Part shown: piece after piece, positions 8,418 through 17,230 of the stretch
Layout: each line of letters opens with the position of its first letter
Numbering within the stretch: the stretch's first letter is position 1
IMG/VR virus record: IMGVR_UViG_3300032421_000002
Location: 1 to 55,979 of that record
Length of the DNA stretch: 55,979 nucleotides
DNA from: a virus
Lineage: Duplodnaviria; Caudoviricetes
Direction: 5' to 3' (one strand)
Program-made: the position numbers and the translations under genes
Notes under the pieces: model-generated
Database searches by the model: none
Seen by the model: the letters and a program-made list of their open reading frames with translations, nothing else
Told to the model about the DNA's origin: nothing

Positions 8418-9115
8418 CGTGCGGCCTCGTGCCAAATGTTGTCGTGCTCCGCGCCCTTCCATCCGTCGTTGAAAGGCCCGCCGAGCGTGAAATGCGCGAT
8501 ACCTACGCGAGCCGGCCGCGGTTGCACGTTGATGAGCCAATTCCAAGCCGGATTGAGCGCGCCGATCTCGTCATCCGCGAGCCAACCGAACTGATGCAGC
8601 CACAGGCCCGGCCGCGTGTTCACATCGTGCAGCGTGAGCCTGCGGTTCGCTGGGTGGTCCGTGTTCCACAGGATCACCGAGCTCCAGTTCTTGCGCGCGT
8701 ACGCGGTCTGAGGCTGACCGTCCATCTTGGTCGACTCCGTGGGCACGTGCTCGTGCTTCACGACATAGACGGCCTTGCCCGGCTCGATCTCGCGCAGCAT
8801 CTCCACGGGGCTGCGCAGGAACACGACATCACAATCTGTGAAGAGCGCGAAGCCGCTTTGGCACAGGATCGGCGTGAGGAACCGGCTGAACGCAAAGTCG
8901 GTCGACGCCTTCGCGTTGCTGATCAGGTCGTGATGCGCGTAAGCGCCGTCCTCGCTGCGTCGGTCCGCGAGCCGGGTCAGGAGCCCGGTCTCGCGCAAAC
9001 GGTCAAGGCAGAGAAACTCGGCGTGCAGTGCGCTACGTGCATTGAGGGTCCGTGCGGCGACGCGCGCAGCGCGGGCCTCGCGCTTGTCCCACCCGATGAA
9101 GCAGCGAAGCGTCAC
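8414..9115 (-). CDS. Glycosyltransferase, GT-A fold (GT8/CDI-like)
   Basis: 'FIGWD.RE', 'ASTDFAFSRF', DxD motif 'FTDCD', 'RKNWSS', 'HFTLGGP'. Confidence 0.85.
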   Translation of the reverse strand: MTLRCFIGWDKREARAARVAARTLNARSALHAEFLCLDRLRETGLLTRLADRRSEDGAYAHHDLISNAKASTDFAFSRFLTPILCQSGFALFTDCDVVFLRSPVEMLREIEPGKAVYVVKHEHVPTESTKMDGQPQTAYARKNWSSVILWNTDHPANRRLTLHDVNTRPGLWLHQFGWLADDEIGALNPAWNWLINVQPRPARVGIAHFTLGGPFNDGWKGAEHDNIWHEAAR

Positions 9116-9630
9116 GCTTTCCTCGCTTCCATGCGGAAGTCGCGATGCTTCTTCCCGATGGCGTGCCACTGCGTTTCGGCTTCGCGGATCTCGGTGAACC
9201 CGGCCTTCTTGAGCAGCGGCCGAAGGGTCTTCGGAGTCCACCCCCAGCGGTGGCACATGAACGGGTCTTGGTAGCTCGGATCACCGTAGAGGCCGAACAT
9301 CGCGAGACTGTCAAGACTCTTCACGTCCTCGGTCTCGATGAAGCGTACGAGGTTCTTGGCGCACTTCTTCACGTCCGGCATTTCGAGCACGAGCAGGCCG
9401 CCGGGCTTGAGCAGACGGTGCCACTCGGCGAGCGCCTGCGGGGCTTCCCACTTGTAGAAGTGCTCGAAAATGTGTATGCCCATCACCTCGTCGGCACAGC
9501 CGTCCGGCAAAGGGATCTCGGTTGCTTTGGCGAAGATTTCGGGATCGCGGGATGCCTTCGGGGAGCGCACGACATCGACATTTGTCCACCCGTCGAGGAC
9601 GTGACGACCACAACCAACGTTCACACGCAT
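9112..9630 (-). CDS. Class I SAM-dependent methyltransferase (Methyltransf_11-like)
   Basis: 'VNVGCG', 'WTNVD', 'HIFEH', 'LKPGG.L.LE.PD'. Confidence 0.88.
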   Translation of the reverse strand: MRVNVGCGRHVLDGWTNVDVVRSPKASRDPEIFAKATEIPLPDGCADEVMGIHIFEHFYKWEAPQALAEWHRLLKPGGLLVLEMPDVKKCAKNLVRFIETEDVKSLDSLAMFGLYGDPSYQDPFMCHRWGWTPKTLRPLLKKAGFTEIREAETQWHAIGKKHRDFRMEARKA

Positions 9631-10436
9631 TTCAGCACCATCCCCCAAGCCTGGGCCGCTTCATCGGGCCGCCAGTTGAAAAACATGCACCGCCACAGCA
9701 GTTCAAGCCGATTTTCCGCGGTATAGGGCTTGCCGTCCAGCCACGTTGCCGCGCCGTCGCTCGCCTCGAACGGGATGCCTGCCACGCAAGCGTCCAACGC
9801 CACGTTCGAGTGCCGGCACACGACGAGCGATGCGCCCTTGAGCACTTGCTCGATCGGGGAGTGCGCGTCGATCAGCGAGCACGGGATGGTGGGATAAGAG
9901 CGGTTCGGCTTGGGCCGAAAGATGATGCGGTGCCGCGGGAACCGACGCTTGAGCTTGCCCAGCATCACGAGCTCCCAATGCGGGTTGTCGATGATGGCTC
10001 GCGTCTTCGGGCCCATGCCGACGAGGATGATCGGTCCGTTCGGGTCGTAGTCGTTGCGCAGCGGCAAGTGCAGCGCATCCCATCGCGAGCTGTCGCGCGG
10101 CGCCCGGTCGAGCAACTTCTGGGGGTGCCAGTCATTGACCGAGAAACGCAGGCCGCCGACGAAGTCCTTCGTTGCGAAGTAGCCCATGTCCCACACCACG
10201 GTCGTCTTGCCGGCGGCGCGGTGCTCTTCAAGCATGCGCATCCGCTCAGGGTCACCGGGCCCGTAGGTCATCAGCACTCGCGCGCGGCCGGAAGGCTTGT
10301 CGACGACGGCGTGCGGCACCGGCGCAGCGCTGGCGAGAGCTTGGAGCATGCGCGCGCCCTTGGCGTGCATGTTGGACTGGAGCAGGATCTCGATCACTTT
10401 CGGCCCCTGCGGTGTCGGTTTACCTCGGACTTCCAT
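9621..10436 (-). CDS. GT-B glycosyltransferase-like (KpsC/KpsS-like)
   Basis: 'WDMGYF', 'IIFRPKP', 'VCRHSNVALDACVAGIP'; apparent paralogue of 12278-13045. Confidence 0.65.
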   Translation of the reverse strand: MEVRGKPTPQGPKVIEILLQSNMHAKGARMLQALASAAPVPHAVVDKPSGRARVLMTYGPGDPERMRMLEEHRAAGKTTVVWDMGYFATKDFVGGLRFSVNDWHPQKLLDRAPRDSSRWDALHLPLRNDYDPNGPIILVGMGPKTRAIIDNPHWELVMLGKLKRRFPRHRIIFRPKPNRSYPTIPCSLIDAHSPIEQVLKGASLVVCRHSNVALDACVAGIPFEASDGAATWLDGKPYTAENRLELLWRCMFFNWRPDEAAQAWGMVLKCV

Positions 10437-10594
10437 TGGGCGCCGCGGCGAACGGGATGCGGCTTAGACAGTAGTGTCGGCTTACTCTCACCGGAGGGCA
10501 GCTTGGACTGCTCGATCACGCGATAGTCACTGTTGCGCAGCGCATCGATCACATCGCGGTTGTCTGGGTGAACGATGATGACGAACGGCTTCAC
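10394..10594 (-). CDS. Small hypothetical protein
   Basis: GTG overlaps the upstream stop; basic C-terminus. Confidence 0.5.
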   Translation of the reverse strand: MKPFVIIVHPDNRDVIDALRNSDYRVIEQSKLPSGESKPTLLSKPHPVRRGAQWKSEVNRHRRGRK

Positions 10595-11439
10595 AACCAC
10601 AACCCCTCCAACCAGATGCGATAGATAGCGGCCACGGCCTCAAGCGACGGCGCCGCGGTGCGCAGCTCTGCCGACACGTGGTGTCGCACCGAGGCGTCGG
10701 CCAGCGTGTCGAATGCATCGCGGAGCTCGGCCTTCGTGTCGGCCCACGTTGCGGCCGAATTGTCGGTCTCCAGATACCCGGCCTCGCGGTTGCAGACGAT
10801 CGGTGTACCGGAGCCCTGTGCGTTCGCCAACTTGACGTTGGACTTCCAATGCTTCGCGGCGTAGCCGCCCGCCTCGCGCAGTGCCACCACGATGTCGAGA
10901 TCCGCGAGCGCCGCCGGCTTGGTGGCGAACCGCCAGCCGCGGCGCGCGCACTCGGATTCGAGGATGGCTTGCCACATGCCCAGGTACTGCACGCCGCCCT
11001 CATAGCCCACGGTCTCGACGACACGGCGCACGGGGTTGATCTGCTGGGCCGGGCGCGCGTGGTGCGCCAACGCGAGCACCGGCCGCTTGAAGCCTACTTC
11101 GGCGATGTCTTCAGCCATCGCGCGCGTTGCGGCGACGAGCGCGTAAGGCTTCAGCAGCTCGATCTGGCTCTTGAGCCAGCGCAGGCACGCACCGCGGTCC
11201 CACAGGTTGCCGTGAGGTTGAGGCCACGCATCGACGATGTCCCAGATGATCGGGATGTGTTGCGCGCGCATTGCCTCGATCGTGCGAGGGTCGAGCCGCT
11301 TGACGATGATCCCGAGATCCATCGGCCTCGCGGGGCGCGCGTGCGGCACGATGGTGGCCTCGATCGCTGCGCCGAGCTGCTCGCCACGGATGCGCCAGCT
11401 GCCTGACTTGCCGTTGCCGGTGATGAGGATGCGCTTCAC
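10591..11439 (-). CDS. GT-B glycosyltransferase-like (GT4/Glycos_transf_1-type C-terminus)
   Basis: 'SWRIRG.Q', 'IIWDIVD', 'VGYEG', 'DLDIVVA', 'WKSNVKL...GTP'. Confidence 0.65.
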   Translation of the reverse strand: MKRILITGNGKSGSWRIRGEQLGAAIEATIVPHARPARPMDLGIIVKRLDPRTIEAMRAQHIPIIWDIVDAWPQPHGNLWDRGACLRWLKSQIELLKPYALVAATRAMAEDIAEVGFKRPVLALAHHARPAQQINPVRRVVETVGYEGGVQYLGMWQAILESECARRGWRFATKPAALADLDIVVALREAGGYAAKHWKSNVKLANAQGSGTPIVCNREAGYLETDNSAATWADTKAELRDAFDTLADASVRHHVSAELRTAAPSLEAVAAIYRIWLEGLWL

Positions 11440-11966
11440 TTCTTGGTTCCGAAGCCCAGCACTTCGCTGCGCGCGAGGAACACTTGCCCGTCGATCGCAG
11501 CCTTCTCAGACTTGCGGTCGCCCTTCGACAGCGAGCGCTCAGTCGCGTACATCAGCGCTTGCCACTCGATGTCCGGGAAGAGCTCGCGCACGGCCTCGAT
11601 CGTGAAGCGCCAATAGTCGCTGGGGTAGGCGTGCACCTTCCACACGAACGGTACACTGAGATCCAGCGTCGCGCCGGGCGCCATCAGCCGCTCGATGTTC
11701 GCGGCCAAGAGCCACGGCCGGCGGGAGTGCTCCAGCACGCTGCGGCATTCGACGTGGGCGAATCGCATGTTCTCGTGGACCGTCAGCGGGGTTTCAAGAT
11801 CATGCATCCAGTCAACTCCAGGGCCGTCGAGCATGTCGATGCCAACCACGTCCGAGTAGAGCTTGCGGCGATCGGTGCGCGTGGCGTAGATGCGCGAGCC
11901 GACGATGAGTGTGCGGCCGGGCTTCGGCCGGCGAAACTTGCGCTCGAATTGCTCGTGAGGGGTCAT
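11436..11966 (-). CDS. Class I SAM-dependent methyltransferase
   Basis: 'LIVGS', 'GIDMLDGPGVD', 'SVLEH', 'VPF...H.YP.DYWRFT'. Confidence 0.82.
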   Translation of the reverse strand: MTPHEQFERKFRRPKPGRTLIVGSRIYATRTDRRKLYSDVVGIDMLDGPGVDWMHDLETPLTVHENMRFAHVECRSVLEHSRRPWLLAANIERLMAPGATLDLSVPFVWKVHAYPSDYWRFTIEAVRELFPDIEWQALMYATERSLSKGDRKSEKAAIDGQVFLARSEVLGFGTKK

Positions 11967-12281
11967 GGTTTAGCAATCTTGAGAGAAGCAAAGGCCATCG
12001 CGCGCATGTCGGCGAGGTGTCGTTCAGTAGCGGCCAATGAACCTGCGCTCCCGCTCCCTTCGGAGGGGCGCAGGCCGCAGGACCACAGCCTCATCCATCA
12101 GTTCTTGCGCGGTTTTATACGCAAGACGCATTGCCGGTTCTGCGTGCTCGCCGCGCACTTCTCGCGTTTTGAACACCAGCGGTAGCGCCATTGCGCCAGC
12201 GATGCCAGGGGCAGGATCGAACAGCCAAACATCAATGCTGTCGCCGTGTATGTTGCGCTGTGCGCGGGCTTCGATTGTCAT
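11963..12281 (-). pseudogene. Hypothetical phage gene interrupted by a 1-nt insertion near 12089-12090 (true frameshift or sequencing error)
   Basis: Span is 319 nt (3n+1) between ATGA-coupled ends; removing one base gives ...AQELMDELWSCGLRPSEGSGSAGSLAATERHLADMRAMAFASLKIAKP*. Confidence 0.7.
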
Positions 12282-13045
12282 GCCAGTAACCTCCTGAATG
12301 CTTCGCCGCTCTCGACTTCGGACATGCTCCACTGAGCCCAGGCCAAGCGCCGGAACATCGCGAGCCGCGCAGCATCGTCGCAGAGCGGCCCCATCTTGAA
12401 CCGCGTCAACGGGCGCCCAGCACTGGCGCCAATCCACGACTGCATGCCGTAGAACACGGGCACGCCCATCATCAGAGCCTTGATCGCGGCGCCCGAGCTC
12501 CACGTCGCAACGCTCGATGCGCGCGCCAAGTCCTCTTCCAGCGTCGGGCCGTCTTTGTTCGTGCCCGGGTGCCGGCGGATGCGTCCCTTGGTCGTGCTCA
12601 CGGCGAGGTTGAGCCAGCCATCTGGTGCACGCAGGCCGGGCTCGCCGATGCCGCGCTGCGCAAGGATGACGCACTCACCGCCGGGCTCGCGCCACGGGGC
12701 GAGATCCACGCCCCGCGAGTCCCAGCGTTCGGGGCCACCATCGGGCCAGCGGCCGGCGCCGTTGTGGTGGCCTTGCGCGATGGCGAACGATTGCTCGCCG
12801 CGCCACTCTTTGCCCAGGTAGCCGTTCTCCACGACGAGCACCTTCGCCTTCGCGGCCTCGAACTCGCGAGCACGACTGTGGCCCTCGCCCATGCGGTTCC
12901 AGATCACGAGCACGTCGCCCGGCCGCGGGTTGTCGGTCACGCGGAACGACGGTGCATAGCCGAGCGCCTTCAGCCCCGCGGCAAAGGCTTCGCGGCGATA
13001 GGTCAGCGCTTCGCGGAAGAGGATGAAGGCTCGGGGGGTCATCAT
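12278..13045 (-). CDS. GT-B glycosyltransferase-like (KpsC/KpsS, Capsule_synth-like)
   Basis: 'VVENGY', 'RIRRHP', 'ATWSSGAAIKALMMGVPVF'. Confidence 0.7.
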   Translation of the reverse strand: MMTPRAFILFREALTYRREAFAAGLKALGYAPSFRVTDNPRPGDVLVIWNRMGEGHSRAREFEAAKAKVLVVENGYLGKEWRGEQSFAIAQGHHNGAGRWPDGGPERWDSRGVDLAPWREPGGECVILAQRGIGEPGLRAPDGWLNLAVSTTKGRIRRHPGTNKDGPTLEEDLARASSVATWSSGAAIKALMMGVPVFYGMQSWIGASAGRPLTRFKMGPLCDDAARLAMFRRLAWAQWSMSEVESGEAFRRLLA

Positions 13046-13296
13046 CGTCCGATCAATCCGTCACGCTCGGCTAAGTCCGATCCAGGGCACGGGATGCCCT
13101 TCTCGTAGTAGTCGCGCCAAAGACCTGTGTAGTACCCGATCCGGCCGCATTGCGTGCAGCGGAAGCGGCCGATACCCGCGGCTATGTCAGTGCTCTCGCC
13201 GCCGACTTCGATGAGCTGCTGTTCAGTTTCACCAAGCAGACCAATTTCCACGTCCTGCCACACGGAATAGACGGGCTTGCGGTGCGTGCAAGTCAC
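13042..13296 (-). CDS. Small Cys-containing (Zn-ribbon-like) protein
   Basis: GTG coupled start; 'CTH...RCTQCG...CP'. Confidence 0.55.
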   Translation of the reverse strand: MTCTHRKPVYSVWQDVEIGLLGETEQQLIEVGGESTDIAAGIGRFRCTQCGRIGYYTGLWRDYYEKGIPCPGSDLAERDGLIGR

Positions 13297-13901
13297 ATCA
13301 GCTCCTTCCCGACCGTCGACATCGGGAACCACTCCAACGCCGATCCCGGCGTGCAGTTGATCACTTCGCACTTGTGCTCTGCGAGGTCTTCCGCGAGTTT
13401 CTTGCCCTTGTGCCGCCATTCCTCGAACAGTTGCGCTTGCACCAGCGGCTTCTCGTGATCGCCGTGCCGATGCTTCTCGCCGTTCGGGCCGAGCTTCATG
13501 TCCATGCCCAGCAGCAAGATGCGCCGACAGCCCCACAGGAACGCGAGATTGATTGCCTGCATCCCGCTGTTGCCGTTCATGTGAACCACGTTCAGGCCCA
13601 GCCCTTCGCGGTTGCCGCCGCGCTGGCGGTTGAGCTGGAATCGCTCGGCCGCGCTGCCGTCCTGGGTCCAGCGTTCGGACTTCGGGCACTGCGCTCTGAT
13701 GCGCGCGTGGTGCACCTTCCAAAACATGAAGTCTCCCGCGTACACCACGTCCGCCCACGGCGCATATGCGTACGCGGTGTTGACCGCGATCGTCTTGATC
13801 GGCTTGTGACATGACACCACTGCGTCGAGTTGCGCGTCGCTCAAGCTCGGGCCGGCGCAGATGACGATCGCGGTGTGCGCGGACCAGTCAGGCGTCTTCA
13901 C
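13293..13901 (-). CDS. Maf/DUF115-like (CstII-type fold) glycosyltransferase
   Basis: 'ICAGPSL', 'IAVN', 'YAGD..FW', 'NSGMQAINLA...G.RRILLLGMD'. Confidence 0.75.
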   Translation of the reverse strand: MKTPDWSAHTAIVICAGPSLSDAQLDAVVSCHKPIKTIAVNTAYAYAPWADVVYAGDFMFWKVHHARIRAQCPKSERWTQDGSAAERFQLNRQRGGNREGLGLNVVHMNGNSGMQAINLAFLWGCRRILLLGMDMKLGPNGEKHRHGDHEKPLVQAQLFEEWRHKGKKLAEDLAEHKCEVINCTPGSALEWFPMSTVGKELM

Positions 13902-14116
13902 GCCAAGTTCTCCATCTCGCCATCCCACTCGTACACCATGGCGTCGGGGCCGTCGCCCATGCGCACGTTCAGCGTTCCCTCGCTCACGCCGGTCGGCCAG
14001 ATCGAACCGAGAGCCGGAATCCCGTGCTGACGCAAGCATTTCAGGACGAAGACACCGCGGTGCACGTCCTGCCCGAGATCCGCGAGCCGCGTCCTGCTGA
14101 TGGTGACCGTGATCAT
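13898..14116 (-). CDS. Hypothetical protein
   Basis: 72 aa; start and stop coupled to both neighbours. Confidence 0.6.
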   Translation of the reverse strand: MITVTISRTRLADLGQDVHRGVFVLKCLRQHGIPALGSIWPTGVSEGTLNVRMGDGPDAMVYEWDGEMENLA

Positions 14117-14601
14117 GTCGGAATCGTAACGTTTGCTTCACGCTCGCGCAACTCAAGTTCGAGCGCGGCGAGCAGGTTCCAAATCATCTGCGCACGATGA
14201 AGGCATCCGGTCTGCGCATCCACACGTTCGCCCGCGCCGAAAGAAAGTGCATGCCTTCCAAACGCGTCCATGTACCGAGTTTCGCCATCAGGCACAGTGG
14301 CCCAGCCGTTCGGTGTGTACTTGATCGCGCCCGCGGTCGTGACCTTGGCTACCTCGTCGATCGCGCGCGCGAACCCGGCAAGGCACAACCACACGCGCGT
14401 TTTCCCTGCGTCGAGTTTCGCGCCGGGCGTGTGCGCATCCGTTCCGTTGGGGTCGGCTTCGGCGAGCAATACCTGCGCCGAACGGCAGTAGCGTTCAGGT
14501 ACTCCGGTGTCTCCCCATCCCACTAGCAAGGTCTGAACCTCGACTTCGCCCTCAACAGGACACGGCTCGCCTTCCGGCCACCGAACCCAAAAATCGCTCA
14601 T
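14113..14601 (-). CDS. dATP/dGTP diphosphohydrolase domain protein (DUF5664-like)
   Basis: 'GAKLDAGK', 'VTT.GA.KY..NGW', 'RYMDA..RH', 'D..TG..H.A...WN'. Confidence 0.85.
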   Translation of the reverse strand: MSDFWVRWPEGEPCPVEGEVEVQTLLVGWGDTGVPERYCRSAQVLLAEADPNGTDAHTPGAKLDAGKTRVWLCLAGFARAIDEVAKVTTAGAIKYTPNGWATVPDGETRYMDAFGRHALSFGAGERVDAQTGCLHRAQMIWNLLAALELELREREANVTIPT

Positions 14602-16145
14602 GCCAACACCTCTTCCGGTTTGTGCGCAAGCGAGTCCATGGTCTCGTCTTGCAGCTGTCGTTTCTCGATGAGCCGCGCGGCCACGATCTCGTCGATCGTG
14701 CCGCGAGCGAGGATCTGATAGACCATCACCTCGCGGTCGAAGCCCGCTTGCACCTGCCGCATGGGACCGATGCGCTCGATGATCTGGTCGTGAGTTTCAA
14801 GGTCGTAGTTCAGCGCAAAGAACACGATGATGTGGCACACGTTCTGGAAGCCGTCGACCCCATGGCCGATGCTCTGGGGGTGGACAAAGGCGACCGGCAC
14901 GCGGCCCGCCTTGAAGTCGTCCTCGTCCAGCTTCGTGTCGATGTGCCGGCCCTGCGGAAAGCGCTTCAGCAGGCGCGCGAGGTCGGGCTTGAAGTGATAG
15001 GCCACCAGTATCGGCTCGCCCTGCGCCTCTTCGATGATCGATTCGAGGGCTTGCAGTTTCTCGTCGTGCGCTTCGACCCAGTGCGAAATGTCGCTCTCGA
15101 TCTCGGCGTCGGTGCCCGTGTAGACCGCGCCGTTCGCCAGTTGCAGGCACTTGATCAGCTTGGCCGACGCGGCGAAGGCTTCGATGTCGTGGCCCTCCAG
15201 CCGCGTGAACAGATCGCGTTCCATTTCGCGGTATCGCTTGCGCGCATCCGGCGGGAGGTCGACGTACACCGGCTGCACGATCGGCGCCTTGATGTTGAAC
15301 CAGTCCTTCGGGTTGAACGCGAGCGCTACGTCCTTGATGCGGCCGATGATCTCGTCGAAGGAGTGAGGGAACAGGATGCGCTTGATGCGAGTCTTGTGTG
15401 CAGTCAAGGCGTCCTTGGCGCGCTGGAAGCCGAACCAGCGACTTTCAAAGTCGTCGTAGCTGCGGCCGAGCCGCGCGCCGCGGTCGATGAACCACATCGG
15501 CCCCCACAGGTCCGAGAGCCCGTTCGGCGCAAACGTGCCCGTGAGATTGATCCAGAAGCGCGTGTGATCGTGCGCGATTCTGGCGAGCGCCTGCGCGCGC
15601 TTGCCACCTTGGCGCAACCGAAAGGACTTCACGCGTGTGGCCTCGTCGGCCACGACCAGCTGGAAAGGCCACGCTTCGCCGAGAATCTCGACGAGCTGGG
15701 GGACGATGTCGTAGTTGACGCACAACACGTCGAGCTGCGCGATCACAGCGAGCCGTGAGCGCCGCGCGGCCGGGCGAAACTCTTCAACGCGTGCCCAGAG
15801 CGCCTTGGTCTCTTCGCTCTTGGGATCACGCAGGTCGGCGGCATCGGCCTTGCGCAGCACGCGCAGAAACTCGCGCTCGGCCGCAGTCCACTCGATGAAC
15901 TTGACGCGCAGGCCCGCGAACTGGGTCCACTTGTGCGTTTCCTCGGGCCACGTGGAGCGAGCCACGCGCAGCGGCGCGAGCACGATCGTCTTGCGCACCG
16001 TGCCCGCGAACATGCGGGCCTCGATGATGGACAAGACCGCGGGGGTTTTGCCCATCCCCATGCGCGCGAGCAATGCGCATCGATCATGCGCAAGCCCGAA
16101 GTCAACCATCGGCGGTTGCCACGGGCGGGGGGTGAAGTCACGCAT
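14598..16145 (-). CDS. SNF2-family helicase
   Basis: Start MRDFTPRPWQ; Walker A 'MGMGKT', 'ADEA', 'LTGT', motif VI 'QIIERIG..RQ'. Confidence 0.9.
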   Translation of the reverse strand: MRDFTPRPWQPPMVDFGLAHDRCALLARMGMGKTPAVLSIIEARMFAGTVRKTIVLAPLRVARSTWPEETHKWTQFAGLRVKFIEWTAAEREFLRVLRKADAADLRDPKSEETKALWARVEEFRPAARRSRLAVIAQLDVLCVNYDIVPQLVEILGEAWPFQLVVADEATRVKSFRLRQGGKRAQALARIAHDHTRFWINLTGTFAPNGLSDLWGPMWFIDRGARLGRSYDDFESRWFGFQRAKDALTAHKTRIKRILFPHSFDEIIGRIKDVALAFNPKDWFNIKAPIVQPVYVDLPPDARKRYREMERDLFTRLEGHDIEAFAASAKLIKCLQLANGAVYTGTDAEIESDISHWVEAHDEKLQALESIIEEAQGEPILVAYHFKPDLARLLKRFPQGRHIDTKLDEDDFKAGRVPVAFVHPQSIGHGVDGFQNVCHIIVFFALNYDLETHDQIIERIGPMRQVQAGFDREVMVYQILARGTIDEIVAARLIEKRQLQDETMDSLAHKPEEVLA

Positions 16146-16465
16146 CACAGTGGCGGCAACCAATCGTCGAGCTGCGCGATCGTCGAGATCACGAGGACCG
16201 TGCACCCAGCATCGCGCATGCGCTCGTGTTCGCGTGCCTGCGCGGCCGTAGGCTTGCCATCCGGTGCCTTGGTTTCGGCGAAGGGGTGCGGAGAAGGATT
16301 GTTCGTGGGGCTGGCGAAAACCCAGTGGTAGTAAGCCACTGACGGGAACAAGCACAGCACGTCCGGCGCGTGCCGCCGGCCCAGCCAGCTCACGGCCCGG
16401 ATCTCGCCCCCATAGGCTTCGACGCGTTCCTTCAGGGCTTTTCGGATCTTGCCTTCTGCGGCCAT
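16145..16465 (-). CDS. VRR-NUC nuclease
   Basis: 'E..I', 'APD', 'FAETKAP..KPT..Q'. Confidence 0.85.
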   Translation of the reverse strand: MAAEGKIRKALKERVEAYGGEIRAVSWLGRRHAPDVLCLFPSVAYYHWVFASPTNNPSPHPFAETKAPDGKPTAAQAREHERMRDAGCTVLVISTIAQLDDWLPPL

Positions 16466-16803
16466 CTCGGGTTCCTCTGCTGACTCAGTTTCGAGTTTTC
16501 GGCCAGCGTGACGACTTGCCAGTGATCGGGGTTGATGCACAGAGTCTCGGTGCACAGATGGTCGAGGGTCTCGCCTTCGCTGAGCAGCATCTTTTCCAGC
16601 ATGCGCCGACACTCGTTCTCCATCTCGCGATGCGCGGCGACGGTCACGAGCTTGCCATCAACGCGCTTGTTCACGCGGCCGTAAGGCCAGCGCTTGCCGC
16701 ACGTGCGGCCGGTCCACACCCAGCACCCGTTCTCGTTCTGGTCTTCGGGCTTCTCGCTGTTCGCGACGAGTCTCTGAAACATCGTGTGGTACTTCGTCGC
16801 CAT
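16432..16803 (-). CDS. HNH homing endonuclease
   Basis: 'CWVWTG', 'YGR', 'AHR', 'DHLC....CINPDH....T..EN'. Confidence 0.88.
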   Translation of the reverse strand: MATKYHTMFQRLVANSEKPEDQNENGCWVWTGRTCGKRWPYGRVNKRVDGKLVTVAAHREMENECRRMLEKMLLSEGETLDHLCTETLCINPDHWQVVTLAENSKLSQQRNPRWPQKARSEKP

Positions 16804-17008
16804 CGTGACGAGGCTCCTTGATCAGTCCTGACTGCAACGCGATCACGACAGCATGCACCAGCGAGCGCGCGCCCAAGCGCTGCTTGGCGATGGCGAGCTG
16901 ATCGGTGACACCGTGCGCGAGGATGCCGAGATCGTGCGCGATCTCTTTGACGTGGTGGCCGCGGGCAAGCCGGGTCAGGTAGTCCAACTGGCGCGGCGTG
17001 AGGTTCAC
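16658..17008 (-). CDS. LuxR-type HTH regulator
   Basis: 'LTPRQLDYL..LA.G...KEIA..LGI'; C-terminal tail overlaps the HNH gene. Confidence 0.8.
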   Translation of the reverse strand: MNLTPRQLDYLTRLARGHHVKEIAHDLGILAHGVTDQLAIAKQRLGARSLVHAVVIALQSGLIKEPRHDGDEVPHDVSETRREQREARRPERERVLGVDRPHVRQALALRPREQAR

Positions 17009-17226
17009 TCGACCGCTCCGAACGCATCGATGCTGATCGGGCCGGTCTCACACCTGTGCGGACGCTTGCTGCGCCCGTCGAAGAGCGCGTATCGCTCGCC
17101 GCGGCCGTCGGCTTGTGTGACGCTCTGCCAGTACAGCCCCGCGGCACCGCAGCGCTTGCACACGATGTCGTCCTGATCGCCGAGCTCGGCCGCGTCGTCC
17201 ATGTCGAATGCGTCGGGTACTCGCAT
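17005..17226 (-). CDS. Small Zn-finger-like protein
   Basis: 'CKRCG...LYW...HRC'. Confidence 0.6.
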   Translation of the reverse strand: MRVPDAFDMDDAAELGDQDDIVCKRCGAAGLYWQSVTQADGRGERYALFDGRSKRPHRCETGPISIDAFGAVE

Positions 17227-17230
17227 GCCC

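Noticed and set aside
9112-11966. DNA methyltransferases for anti-restriction
   Set aside because: Neither has DPPY/NPPY or PCQ catalytic motifs; both resemble small-molecule or sugar methyltransferases found beside glycosyltransferases.
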